Below, in pieces: positions 25,283 through 52,110 of a DNA stretch of 64,000 nt (positions within the stretch are counted from its first letter, which is position 1; each line of letters starts with the position of its first letter). The notes beneath the pieces are model-generated. The model did no database searches. It saw nothing but the letters and a program-made list of their open reading frames with translations, and had not been told where the DNA came from. Location: NCBI GenBank assembly GCA_020137815.1, contig CM035352.1, forward strand, positions 7,130,001 through 7,194,000. Reading direction: 5' to 3'. The stretch comes from Hormiphora californensis (taxonomy: Eukaryota > Animalia > Ctenophora). The translations under genes were made by a program, and so were the position numbers.

Positions 25283-28200
25283 ATGGCTAACCCTACTACG
25301 ATCGAGTATCCATGCCCAACCTGCCACCAAGAAGTTGAGGACGGTGTTCAGTGCGACTCATGCCAGGCATGGTACCATCGAACCTGCTCTAAGATAAGTC
25401 TTGCCACTTTCAGAGACATTTCAAACAATTGTACGTATTGGGTTTGTCCCTCATGTGAAACTCCCCCTGCTAATTGTTCAACCGAATCCGAGCCGAAAAA
25501 GACAATGCATGAAATGAAAGCCGAACTAACGGCACTCGGAGTTAAACCCAAATCTAACATGCGAAGAGCAGAGCTCATGAAACTCCTGGAAGACACTAAA
25601 CGTAGCTTTGCACCTTTTGTACCCTCCAACTCAATTGAAAAACTTTATTCAGAGATCCGGGAGGTTTATTCAGAAGTGGTTCTATGGAGGAAGAACCTAT
25701 TTCAGGTCCCCTCAGGTGATGCTGGACTTGCCTTCATTCATGAAATTACTGAAATTATCAACCTCTTCAACTCTGACTCTGATATGAAGCCGGTGGCTCT
25801 AACCAAACTGATGGTAGCTTTTGTTTTGCTGTTGCAGAAACCTTCTTCTGATAGCAAAACTAAAGATCATGTGAAATTTCTTCATCACAGGCTGAAAATC
25901 TTCCATGATGGTGACTTGCAGACTCTACTCAGAGAAGGGAGAGTGATCCAGAAGAGACTAGTGCAGTCCAACACTAACCAGCAACAAAACAGCACGAAAG
26001 CATTCACTCGACTCATGCTTCAGGGTAGGGTAGGGGCTGCACTCCGAGCTATCAAAAACTCTGCATGTGGAGTAGCACCGGTTCCTATCACATCGGCAGT
26101 TGTCAATCAGCTGAAACTTAAACACCCTGAGCCGGCTGATTCAACTTACTTCCTTCATGGCCCTGTGCTGCCCACCAACGACGTGATTTTCTCCAGTATT
26201 ACCCCTGAATCAGTGCTCCGTGCTGCCAAACACCTTACGGGATCAGGTGGTCCGTCTGGAGCTGACGCTGGACTCTGGAAACACATTCTGCTGTGCAAGA
26301 AGTTCAAACCCAAATCGTATGACCTAGCACGGGCGATTGCCACCCTTGCAACCAAACTGGCAACTGAAAAAACTGATCCCATGTACCTTGAAGCATTCGT
26401 TGCTAGCAGACTGATTCCCTTATCGAAAAAGCCAGCAGGTATCAGGCCGATCGGTGTGGGTGAAGTGATTCGAAGGCTTGTGGGGAAAGTTGTTGTAACG
26501 GTCCTAAAACCTGACATTATAGAGGCAACAGCCCCAATACAACTGTGTGGGGGACTGAAGAGTGGTGTTGAAGCTGCAGTGCATGCTTTAAGAGAAAAAT
26601 TTAATGATGATAAATGTGAATGTATACTGTTAATTGACGCGTCCAATGCCTTTAATTCTTTAAACCGAAAGATTGCTCTAAGCAATATTGATTATTTATG
26701 TCGTGATTTTAGCATGTATTTATCTAACACTTACGGCTTGCCAGCCAAACTATTCATATCTGATGGAAATTCACATGACACCCTACTATCAAAAGAAGGA
26801 ACAACACAGGGTGATACCACTGCCATGCCCATGTATGCATGTGGCCTTATGCCATTAGCTAATTCTCTCCGTAACATTGAAAATTCTTTAGATGATGAAC
26901 TCTTTCAGATCCTCTATGCAGATGATGCAGGTGGCGGAGGCACTCTAGCCATTATCGAGAAGTGGTGGAGCAAGGTGAAAGAGAAGGGTCCAGGCTTTGG
27001 ATACTACCCTGAGCCTTCGAAAAGTTGGCTGATTGTGAAAGAAGACAAGGAGGAAAGAGCCAAGGAACTGTTTCCAGATGTCAACATAACAACTGTTGGT
27101 CACCGTTACCTGGGTTCCTTCATTGGGAGCGATGATGGAATGAAGGAGTGGGTGAAGAATGAAGTGAAGACATGGGTCGAGGAGATAGAACAACTGAGCG
27201 ACATTGCCTGCAACGAACCCCAACTAGCTTATTCAGCCTACACAATCGGGTTGAGTAAGAAGTGGAACTACTTGCTGCGGACAACACCAGGGATCGCTAC
27301 AGAACTAGAGCCCATCGAGAAGGCAATCAGAGAGAAATTCCTCCCAGCTATCACAGGACAACCATTCATTCCTGATACGCTACGATCCATAATGGCACTT
27401 CCTACGAGAATGGGAGGGCTGGGTGTCGAAAACCCCTGTCACATGGCTGACCTGGAGTACCAGAACTCGTTGAAAGCGACAGAAGAACTTCAGAAGGCCA
27501 TCCAGAAACAAGACGTAGAATATATACCGAATCCTGAGACTGAGAAAGCCACAGCCCTCAGCATCAAAACTGGCAAAGCTAATTATCACAAGGAATGCAG
27601 GGAAAAAATCGTTCAGTCAATCAAGCCAAGAGAGGCAAGGAACCTTGATCTACTCAGCGAGAAAGGGGCATCAACATGGCTCACTTGTCTACCCCTAGAG
27701 TCATTGAAGCTCACACTCAATCGCCAGGAGTTCTTTGATTCAATCTCAGCACGATACGATCTCCCACTAGTGGGACAGCCGAGAGCAACACAGTGCGTTT
27801 GTGGGGAGGAAAACAGCATCGATCACTCCATGTCATGCAAACGCGGGGGATTTGTTGCGGTCAGACACGATTGCGTTCGAGACTTTCTAACTGCGGAGCT
27901 GGACAAAGTGTGCTACGACACTAAGGCTGAACCCCACCTACTGGAAGTTAGAGGAGCAAAACTACCACCTGGGACCATTACAGAGGATGGAGCTCGCCTT
28001 GACATTCGAACGAGGGGATTCTGGGGACCAATGGACTGCACCTATTTTGACGTAAGGGTTTTTAACCCAAGGGCACAGTCTAATGAGACTCAGGATATCC
28101 CTCAAACGTATATCAAGCACGAGGAAGGGAAGAAGAAGAACTATCTACATCGCATTCTCGAGGTGGAAAAAGCTTCTTTTACTCCCCTCGTTATGTCAAC

Positions 28201-28414
28201 GACCGGTGGACTTGGTCAAGAGTTCAGCAGAACTCTGAAGCAACTCGCAACCAAGAAATCGCGGAAAACTGGCTATACCTACCAGGAGTGTATTCGATAC
28301 CTCCGTGTTCGTCTATCATTTTCAATGGTTCGCTCCATAACTTGTTCTATTCGGGGTTACAGAGGAAGGAACAAGAATGATGGCTCTTCATCAGATCTGT
28401 ACCATACATACTAG
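25283..28414 (+). mobile_element. CRE-clade non-LTR retrotransposon, intact single 1043-aa ORF (PHD - SAP-like - RT - Zn knuckle - restriction-like endonuclease)
   Basis: N-terminal C4HC3 PHD; RPIGVGEVIRRL, DASNAFNSL, GTTQGD, YADD; CVC..H..C..GG..RHD; RLDI..FDVR..KKKNY. Confidence 0.93.
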
Positions 28415-28816
28415 TCTTTAACTGTTGCATGTATTTTATGTGATTTTCTTCGTGTAGCCAGTCAGGCAAAAACAATTTATATATACTATTATTGACATTG
28501 TTAGGCCAGATGCATGTGGCTTCTTTTATTACAATTTTATTATCTTTTTCCCCTTTTTTAAACAATTTTTCCCCCGTTTTCTAATTTTTTCCCGTCTTTT
28601 ACTGTTTACAGCTTATTATGTTATTGTTATTGTTAACTGTTTATTAGCCTCATATTTGATAGATTTTTGATGTTATCGAAAACGCTGACAATTTTCCAGG
28701 ACCACACCAAAAACCTGGGAAAGCCAAAAACGCGATACATTAAAGCACACTCGCCACCCTAACTAATTTATGTGATTACTGTTATTAACCTTTTCCCACT
28801 TCTAGAGTTGCATACT

Positions 28817-30421
28817 ATGGCATCGAGAACACAGCAGCTTTGTAGGAGATTGTCGCAGTATCACAGGGGCAGTGCAATCAAGTATCCAGAGCTCAGGGTT
28901 GTTCCTCCTGCAACTAAGAAACACACGCACGATCCTGAAACCCACGAGAAGTTTGTTAAAGCACTGAAATCTGTGAGGTTGAAGCAACAAACAGGAAAAA
29001 GTGCGTTTGTGGAGAATAAGCGGACGATTATTGATTTGATGTCAAACGGCCTTGCCCCTTCTCACATTTTCTATACCAAGGTATTTATTTTACATTTAAC
29101 TTATTTAGAATAAGTATGGGTATTGGCCAAGTTTGATGTTGTTGTGTTGTCAGTTGATGAAAACCTTCAAATGTAATAATTGTTGTCCCTTCATAAATCA
29201 CTTTGCAGGAGTTTTTGTTGGAGGAGCTCCCGGACATCAGCGATAAAACCACTGTCGTTCAACTGTACCCGGGGCAAATGACCCGAATGACTGATTTGAT
29301 AGCTAGTCAGGGGTTAATCGGGGTGTTTGACAGGCCCAAATCATACCCTTTCGCCAAACGCATTCCGCTGATTCTCTGGGTCGGGAAGATTCGTCATCCT
29401 GGTACGTTCCACATATCATCTCTTATTGTTACCCAAACTTATTAGTAATAAAACATTGGTTAGGCAATAACCCCTGGCAGAAGAATTTGCTTTCCCCGCT
29501 AAGGAGAGAAAGTTACCCAATCGTTACTCTGTTACAGGTAACGCAGGTGGTATTATCAGGACGGCAGCAGGTGCAGCATGTTTATCAGTCATCTTCAGCC
29601 CTCACTCTGTCAACATATGGAACCCCGCCGTCTTACGGGCCTCTGCTGGGGCACATTACATGTTAGTACATTTTGAAAACATTCATTGTGCAATTAGCGG
29701 GCTACGAATTTGAGTGATACCTTGGGCTCATTTTATTTGTATCATAAAGCTCTAAAATTAATGTGTCAAGCGTGTTGAAAAACTCGTAGCACCTCTGTGT
29801 ACTGGACATAATATTTTACTAAATTTACAGGATTCCCACGTATGAGGAGAAGCCCCTTGAAGATGTCCTATCAAGTCTCCCTGACTCCTGGCAGGTGTGT
29901 TTAGTTCACAGTGAATGGAGCTGTGAAAGGAAAACACCCAATTTTCCCACCCAACCCTACCACAAAGTTGACTTCACTCAGCCTACTCTCATGATAATCG
30001 GTGGAGAGACATTGGGAGTTAGTGAGAGGGTCGTGGCAGCTCTGGAGCAGTCTCAACGATCAGTGGTCAATGCCTTTATACCCATTTCAAAACCGTTAGA
30101 CAGCCTGTCCACAAGTACTGCTGCATCAATTCTTATCTATGAAATGGTATGTTTCCAGTTCTGAGATTGTACGTTTTTATATTTTATACCGATGTTATAT
30201 TATCGGGAGTACTGTAAGTTATTTTTAGTAAATGTAACCAAACCTAGTCCCTCATCCAACAGGCCCGACAGTACGCACCCATATTGGAGACAGAAGAGAG
30301 TCAGCAGCTGAGTGCTATAGAAATAGCCAACACTCACCAACATCTAGGAACTGGATCTGGATATCAAGAAGTTTCGGAAATTGTGCCTGAGTTGGAGAAA
30401 CTGTTTCCTCCTCAACAATGA
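28817..30421 (+). CDS. MRM3: SpoU/TrmH-family rRNA methyltransferase (mitochondrial MRM3/RNMTL1-like)
   Basis: Exons ~28817-29080, 29209-29401, 29538-29661, 29831-30146, 30263-30421; HPGNAGGIIRTA, WNPAVLRASAGAH, IIGGETLGVS, IPI..LDSLS..AASILIYEMARQ; basic transit-peptide-like N-terminus. Confidence 0.85.
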
Positions 30422-30622
30422 ACACTTTTATTTAATTTATTTTGTTTTTTATAAGCAGGTTTTTAAAATTCTCTACCCTCATACCATCATAAATCGATGT
30501 CCTAACTTTCGTCCACTTTCGTCTCCCCCCATCACAAGACTGTGTGAGATAAGCCACATACAAATAAAATATTCTGCAAATAAAGCACCCACATTTTCAA
30601 TAACACATTTATTAGCGTAAAG

Positions 30623-44190
<13,568 letters not shown>

Positions 44191-45253
44191 TAATACCCGC
44201 GTGAATGTGTGTGTGTATGTGATATTTTGACATTTTCCCTTTGACAGGGTGGCAGCATATTTTCTGTCTGTGACATTGTTTCCAAGCTCGAGAGTGAGTG
44301 TTTCTTTTACTTGTTTACATCCCTCTATATTGCTTGTATACAGTAGACTGTTCAACATGATTGATTTACAATTTGTAATATTCCGTGTTTGTACTTTGAA
44401 TGTGACGTTATGTTGACGTACAGCTGCAGGAGGTGTATATTGAGTGATACAGGTGAAATGTACAATGTAGTACACACTGAGTGGTGGAAAACCCCCGGTG
44501 AACAAATAAAACCCACCCGGTACATTTTGATGCTCGGCGGGGCTTACACACAGAGCGCGCGCAATTTGCGCCAAGAGTCCAGAATAGAGGTCCATCGCGC
44601 GTTCCAGTTAGTCCAACGGCCCCTACTTCCTCTTCTGGCTGAGCTGTACCGCGAGGGAGAGAGATAATGAGAGGGAGAGAAGCTGCTGCAGCACTGTGTG
44701 TCTTGAGTGTGGCCGAATCCAGTGTGGCCTTTTAGAAATAAGCTGTGTGTGTTGAGCGCTTAATCACACTGTCACAAATTGATACTTGTATTACTCATAC
44801 ACCCGAGACGGTTTGAAAAAGTCAATTGTGTCAGGACTGAGACAACTCAACAGCGATTCAAATCAAAACACGAATTCTCAGTGTTGTAATAATAATGTCA
44901 TGTCATGTCATACATAATTATTAAAATGGAGGTCATGGAAATTGGGTTTCACTTTCCAATAAGCTGAAACAAGCCAAAAGTAAATTAGTGTAAAAATATC
45001 TCTCTAGTTATATCGTCAATAGCTTGGTTACGAAGTTACCCCTTGACACAGTGTGAGGTGTCTTCGATACCAAGTCAATAGCCCACTTCAAATTTCAAAA
45101 TGGCAAACAAAATATGCATAAATCAGAATTTTCATCGTCCTATACCAAGCTTCTCTTTCTCTCCCTATCTCATTTTCTCACAGTCAATTTCTCCTCATCA
45201 TGAGTATAAATTCAACCACTTCAAAATATCTGATCCTCTATCTCTCTCTTTCT

Positions 45254-47607
45254 TCAGTTTGACCCATGTTTTCCGACGATCTTCTGGGCCACTTTCACGG
45301 GATCTTTCTCCCACAATTTCACTGTATCTGTAAAGCCTCTCTTTCCTTTCCCGAAACTGTTAGGTCCAGCTGATGTGGGGGTGTCCCTGCAAGGAAAGGG
45401 TTAGAATATTAATGTTTAGCCATTTGTATTTGAATGACACAAGAAGATTAAACCTTCAAGATTTAAAAGTTAAAAGTAAACAATTATAGGCGGTATTACG
45501 TGTAGACCTGGCGTTTTGTATCATTAAGATATTGAATGATAGTCTGAACCCCCAAAATATAACTGACAATAATACCTCACAGGTACCAAGACCGACAACC
45601 AATAAAACTGACACTATAATACCTGACAGGTACCAAGACAGACGACCACCTGCCCGGTCTATGAGAATCAATGGGAAATAGAGAACCAAAACCAGTGCCG
45701 ACAAACAGACTTTGGAGACAGGACACAACTAGATATTGAAGATAACAGTCACTACGTTACTATACCAGGACTAGATGATAACAGTCACTACGTCGTAATG
45801 AGAAGCATCTCTACCGATGTCAGGGCTCACGAACAAACCAACACAATGGTAGGTTTGGGACAAAACAAATTGAATCAAGTGTAGGTTTGGTACAAGCTGT
45901 TTTCTGTACAACATTTGTTGGTGTTTCTTGAAATAATTCACGAGAAAGTTCTGTGTGTAACAACTCACAAGGGAGGGGGGGGGGGTGACACGTAACAAGA
46001 AACCTGTCATGTTTGTTGGGTTACATATTTAGGTTTAACTGTGACATCCTCTTCTCTGCACACACAGCTAGATATTCTCTCTGTCAGGTCTCTCTCCCTC
46101 TTTCTCTCCGCTCTCCCTTCTTTCCAACAGGACAATGAGAGTACAGCACCTTCGTTACAAGGACAAGTAAACGACAATCTACACGACAATCTATACAACA
46201 CGACAACAGATGAGGGGACTGAAGGACACTACAGTGTTTATGCTAGGATGTCTTTAGAGCTACAAAACAGGGACAATAATTTCTGAACCACGAATATATT
46301 GGGTCTCTGGTCTAAAAATCAATTTTCTCCTTTCAATATATCAATTAGTGTAAAATTAACTAAATTTAGTTACGTGACCCATTTACACATTACAAAAACA
46401 ACAACAATTGTTTAGTTTTATTCAGTGTAACAGTTTAAAACTCCGATACACCGAACACGGTGCGAAGTACACACTGTGTGTTATACTGTGTCGATGGAAT
46501 AGTAGTCCACAACGAACGAACACTCTATCTGCATTCTGCACACTCGGTATTTATATCATAAACTAGGATCGATCACTAACTCTATCTGTTCAGTTGCAGT
46601 CTATGGATAAACTAGGAAATAATATATGTTTCTTACAGCTGCAATATTTACTCACTTTCCCTTGTTTCGCATCCTCATCTTGGCGTGCATGGGAATCTCC
46701 TCAGTCTCATCCTGCAGCCGTAACGAGGTTAGTATCATGGGAGCATCATGTGTTGTCATGGTGACGATTATGACGTCATCATGTTGCCATGGTTACCATC
46801 ATTATGACGGCATCATGTTGCCATGGTGACCAACATGGTGTGGTGCATGCTCATTTTTACCTCTGAACTATCACAGTTGAACGCATTGGCGACTGTTAAC
46901 TTTTTCTTTGCCTTCGAGTTGGTAGTATTGATTGTGGTAGTAACAGTTGGAGGTGGCGGTGGGGGAGGTGCAGTAGGTGTAGCTGATACAGAGCAGGGTA
47001 CCTGGGATATGTTGGTCGGAGTTATATCAGGATAGAAGAATCACAATTAGCTACAATTCAAATCAGTCTCATTTAATGACCCTTTTTAAAAAGTGCCGAG
47101 ATTCAGACTGAACAACTCAACAAACAAATTGCATGTCAGTGTCCCATACTGCCTCTATGAAGAAGAAGTCCCATACTACCTTTGGTGATAATTGGTACTG
47201 CTGTGTAGGTACCATGTAAATGTTTTCACTCTGCCCTGCATCGCTGTTATGGGCCACTGTTGCTCTTTGAGAGGTGGACCGAGGAGGAGTTTTCCTCTCA
47301 TCACGAACCCTTAACTTGTCCGTTTGTCGAGCAGAAAAGCCAGAGGATCGTTCTGAAAACCAGATATATTAGATTCGGGAAAGTGTTTTATGCACCGTGA
47401 TAGTTGACTTTGATAAATATTTGCCTGACAAGTATGACAGAGTTTAGCTCAGTTTATCAGATTACAAGATTACAAATAAATTATACCGTAATTGTCGCGG
47501 TGTGATTGCCTGGGAGAGCGTGATCTCCTTCGTCGGTCAGGTGAACGATAACGGTCTGAAGAGGATTGCCGTCTTGGTGACCTAGATCTTCTTCTGTCTC
47601 CTGACAT
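45254..47607 (-). CDS. PCNP: PEST proteolytic signal-containing nuclear protein with RS-rich N-terminus
   Basis: Five exons (~47607-47487, 47352-47180, 47001-46861, 46711-46656, 45386-45254): [54 protein letters not shown] matches the PCNP signature. Confidence 0.88.
45631..46286 (+). CDS. Two Tyr-motif-rich exons, probable alternative 3' end of CUEDC1, inside the last PCNP intron
   Basis: 45631-~45848 ([31 protein letters not shown]..) and 46131-46286 join in phase 0 and fit the phase-0 donor at 43770. Confidence 0.55.
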
Positions 47608-48250
47608 TCTAAACTAAGGGGACTGTTAGCATCACACATCCGTAATCCGTTACCGATTCCTGAGCTTTTAACTTCTCTTAGCACAAATCGGAGTTAGGAC
47701 ATCCATTCCTTTCTAACCGTCAACCAGAAAAATAAAACGTAGTATCACAGCTCTCGATCCAGAGTTTCAATTCCAGGGACGGAGCTAGGCGGCTGGCGGC
47801 AGGCGGCCTCCGGGCTCCGGCCCACCGCCCAGCGTGTCCAGGGCGGTAGCCACGGTCTAGGAATGAAACCCCCCACAAGCAGGAGCAGCCCTGACGGGGT
47901 TTAAGGGGCCCAGGGGCTGCAACTTGCTCAGCAGGCCCTCTAAAACGCTGAGGAGGCTGCAGCAACTCGCAGGAAAAGAAACTTCAAATTTTAAAATTTA
48001 AAGCTTTAAAAAAACGACACGAACGTTTTTTAAAGAGCTGTACGTGCAGCTGCGCGGCGCTATTTGCAGCGTTTTTATCACGTTTTAGCCACGGCGCGGT
48101 GTTCAGCTCAATCAAGTTTTTCGTGTAAAAACGAAACGGAAAAAAAGTGAACGACTTTTTTAGCTTTTTTTATTTTTACTAAGTTACAGCTACATTTTTG
48201 TCCAATAAGCGCTCTTCCCCTCACTAAAATGCAACTTAAATCCGCCTCAA

Positions 48251-48642
48251 ACTTGAACAAAAACCAAACACGTTTGGTGGATTTCCCGGGGCAACAGAAC
48301 GTGACTGAAACTATTTTATATCGAAAATAAATGATATGGAGACGCCCGGGGGCCGGGGTGCTGAGCTGTCAAGTCCACTGTTCATAAGAATTATAGTAGC
48401 CACAGTTTGGAAAACTGTTACTGGCGATTGAAAGGCTTAAATTTAGGTATTTTATGTGACGAGACAACTTTTGTCTTTTATTTGTTTTCTTTCATCAAGA
48501 AATAGTTCATCAGTTTGTGTATAGCGGACTTGACAGCACCCCGGCCCCCGGGCGTCTCCATATCATTTATTTTCGATATAAAATAGTTTCACGTTCTGTT
48601 GCCCCGGGAAATCCACCAAACGTGTTTGGTTTTGGTTCAAGT
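48251..48642. mobile_element. Palindromic MITE
   Basis: ACTTGAAC.AAAACCAAACACGTTTGGTGGATTTCCCGGGGCAACAGAACGTGA arms ~125 bp. Confidence 0.85.
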
Positions 48643-49190
48643 GATTACATCTGGTAGGTTAATTAATTAGTTATTCAACAATTAATTAGTTAATTAGTGT
48701 TTTTACCTGTATAAACATCTCCAGATAATCATCAAAAGAACTCTCGTACTCTGGTTTCTCTGATTCCGTCTCTACTTGAGATAACTTCACTGGCGACGTT
48801 GTCTCCGTTTCCTTTTTTCTTTGTAGAAGGTAGACCTTGACAAGACTGGTAATTGATGGACCCAGTATCTCGCCTAGATTTCCAACTATCTGTTTTGTGA
48901 TCAACAACGCGGCTAGCATCTCCTGCAGAGGGAAAGAGTTAGTCTCTAGGTAGAGGAGAGAGAGTGAGCTAGAGAGGGAGTTAGTTTCTGCAAAGAGGAG
49001 AGGGGGATAGTTTCTAGAGGAGAGAGAGAGAGAGAGAGGGAGACGGGAGTTAGCTGACTTAGTGACTTAGGTAGTAAGATGAGGAATAATATCCTACTGT
49101 TTCTTCATTAATTCGCTGTTTTGTTTCCACTCTCCCGTGCAGCCTCGTTGACAATTTCAGCCCCTGTGCTGCCAACTACTTATGCTCTCT

Positions 49191-49609
49191 TCTCGGAGGA
49201 TGCAGCTCTAACAATCGCGCGTCTTTCCGAGCTGGGGGTGCAAAGATGTAGCCCTTAACTATGCACCCCCAGCTTGGAAAGACGCGCGATTGTTAGAGCT
49301 GCATAGGGATCCCTAAAAAAGTTCAGTATTTACACAGCGTTTACACAGTCTTTACACAGTCGTTACACCTAGAGCGCCCGCGCCGCTCTGGGTGTAAAGA
49401 CTGCGTCTTTCGCACTCGATTTGCAGCGTTTTCGGAAACTTTTTTCGCCGCAGCGCTCAATTTACCCAATTGTGCAGCACACAATCCAATATTTTCTCAG
49501 AAAAAGCCGCAAAACGCAGCACGCGCCGCTCTGAGTGTAACGACTGTGTAAAGACTGTGTAAACGCTGTGTAAATACTGAACTTTTTTAGGGATCCCTAT
49601 CCTCCGAGA
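49191..49609. mobile_element. Small hairpin MITE with a nested AT-TSD element (49305-49598)
   Basis: Outer TCTCGGAGGATGCAGCTC../..GAGCTGCAT[insert]CCTCCGAGA; inner AT|AGGGATCCCTAAAAAAGTTCAG...CTGAACTTTTTTAGGGATCCCT|AT. Confidence 0.85.
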
Positions 49610-49864
49610 ATGCAGCATTACCTTGGGCACAACGTGTAATCTCCTGCAGTACTAGTTACCTCAAAATCTTGTAGGTAGAAGGCAATGTAAAAGAGGGCAA
49701 GGAAGGAGTTAACAAATTTGAAGAGTATTAATTTGATGACAAGCCAGTTTTCATAAGTCCTCTGATGCTGGTAGTTCTCCCAATCGTTGAGGGCCATGGC
49801 AATGTTACTGTACAGAACATCCAGAATGCCAACTGTCACCGGCAGGAGGATCTTGGGGGTATAT

Positions 49865-50477
49865 AGTACATAACTCCCTCCCGCGCGGGCAGATAATCAA
49901 TAGACGTACTGCAGAGCAGTGCGTCTATTGAGCTGTAATGCACGGGTCCCGAAGGGACCCGTGCGTTACAGCCCTGTAAATCCCGAGCGTCAGCGAGGGG
50001 TTTACAGGTATATCTGCATGCAAGGGAGGGAGTTGTGTTCTATAGACCCCGCTGGCGGGCACCTAGAAGCAAAACAAGCACAATTTACGTGGTTCTCAAA
50101 CAGAGACACAAAACGGGTCAAATAGTTGGAAATGAAACTACAAAGTGCCTCTCTACATTCCCACACACTCGTACCAATCGTTTTAACAAATCAAAAGGGT
50201 GGAATGCAGAGAGAGATAACAGTTATTGTGGGTCAAGAGGAACAGTTGCCAACAGACTGCGGCGCCAAATCTAGACAGAGAGCTTAGTTGGTTGTACACA
50301 CCCTCCCTCTTGTGTTGTCATGTCATTTTATCGTGTCTCCAGTGATCTTTTGTGATCTTGACAAATCTGTCAGAGGGCGTGCGTCTATCGAGACACAAAC
50401 TCACGGCAGTGCACGGCGCAATAGACCAGTGCAAATTGTTCGCGTGGGGCGGGCGTCTATTTGAGCCAGCGGGGTCT
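49865..50477. mobile_element. Two abutting AT-TSD (ISL2EU/PIF-like) MITEs inside an anoctamin exon
   Basis: AT|AGTACATAACTCCCTCCC..GGGAGGGAGTTGTGTTCT|AT|AGACCCCGCTGGC..GCCAGCGGGGTCT|AT, between FIKY and PKILL codons. Confidence 0.8.
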
Positions 50478-52110
50478 ATACTTGATGAACTGTCGGAGGA
50501 AATCCGGTACGAAATCTGGAAAATCCCCTTCTTTTGTCATCTGTTGGATGTAGTCGTCAAACCTGGGGGAGGGGGAGTTGTACATTTATATATCTTTGGA
50601 GGGGGGTGGGGAGTTGTAAATCATATCTTGCGAGGAGGGTTGTAAATCGTCATAACTACTGTCACTATAATTACCTACATTAAGTTCTGTCTCTATACTA
50701 TCATTGGCTGCGAAGCGCGCGAAAAAAGAGGGCGTGACGTGCCCAAGTCCTATTACAGGGTGAGTTCCAAGGACCCCTTTAAACTGAGGTCTCTCCACCT
50801 CCTGTCTCTCAACCTCCCTACCGAGTGTCCCCCACTGCCAAGCCAACTCAGCGCTACGTCTGAAATGCGATGACATGATGTTAGTAACATGTTTTGATTA
50901 GTAACATGTTAATAACATGTTTTGATTAGTAACATGTTAGTAGTAGCATGTGTAGGCACTTGTTGAAACCCTTTCTATTGACACAGGGTCGAGCGAGGAA
51001 AGTAGGCACATAGAAGTTGTTGTTGTTACCTCTTCCATAGCTCCAGAAATATGGTAGGCCACATTACATTGAAGAACGCGTAGAACGTGAAGCACCAGTC
51101 AGCGGATTCCACTCTACCATCGTCGTATATCAACTCAATGGTAAATCCTACTAGCTGAAGGAAACATATGTGTGGTTCTACAGGAGACAGCTGTCTGGCG
51201 CGAGACAGTGCGCTCAGATGGGGTCCACGGCACCAGACAGCGCGAGACAGTGCGCTCAGATGGGGTCCATAGCACCAGACAGCGCGAGACAGGGTGCTCA
51301 GATGGGTCCCAGACAGGGAGGAATGAATCTCGCTGACACTTACCAAGGGTACAACGAGCATGAAGGTATAAAATCCTAGCCAAGCAAAGTAGATGGCTAT
51401 CTCGTCTCCAAAGTAGTGACGAATCAGGTTTAGTGGCTGGTCCCTCCAGCTCCACACCCAAACCCTGTTTAGCACGTCTTGCTTACTCTTTTGGTGAAGC
51501 GGGTAGATCTATGAGGGGAGGTATGATTCAATACCAGATATATAAAATAAATCTTACTTTCTTTTGTTGTGGTACTCAACAAATATTCTTTGAGACAAAG
51601 TGGTGGTCAACAACTAAAATATATGTTCTCATCGTAAATGGAATGCATAAACTGATTGGTGGGTGGCCTTGCTACGGCGGAGTGGTGGACGTGCTGGGGC
51701 GCCTATTAAGCGTGCTCGGTGCGGCCGCCGCTACTTTCGGGCAGGTCACTCGCCAGACGCAGCAAGTACAAACAAACAAACAAACAAATGGAATGCCTGC
51801 AGGTAGAAATTTGTCAATAAGTACTATTTCGAATATTCAGGCATACAACAATCATGAGATAACCGTAGATAAATACCTATCGAAAAATACATAAGGAATG
51901 CAGCCCCAAGTCGTTAATGAGTACCAAAACGAGAGACATATAAAAAGAAGCCAGTTGAAGTTTTTCAATAATTTCTGCCAAGTATAATAGTACTAAACTG
52001 TCTACTATATAGTGCCTATAATAAGGAAACCGTCATATCAAAGTAAGTATTTGCTGCCAGTTCCGGCCCTAAAGTTTTATATCAAATCTATACTTGTGCC
52101 TCATGACATC

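Larger units (their letters stand above)
48707..51508 (-). pseudogene. Anoctamin (ANO8/ANO10-like) internal fragment, interrupted
   Basis: IYPLH..QPLNLIRHYFGDEIAIYFAWLGFYT; FLELWKRRSAELAWQWGT; RPQFKG; LNDWENY..IKLILFKFVNSFLALFYIAFY; EMLAALLITKQ; YESSFDDYLEMFIQ. N-terminus, TM3 segment and C-terminal TMs not found; MITEs inside exons. Confidence 0.7.
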
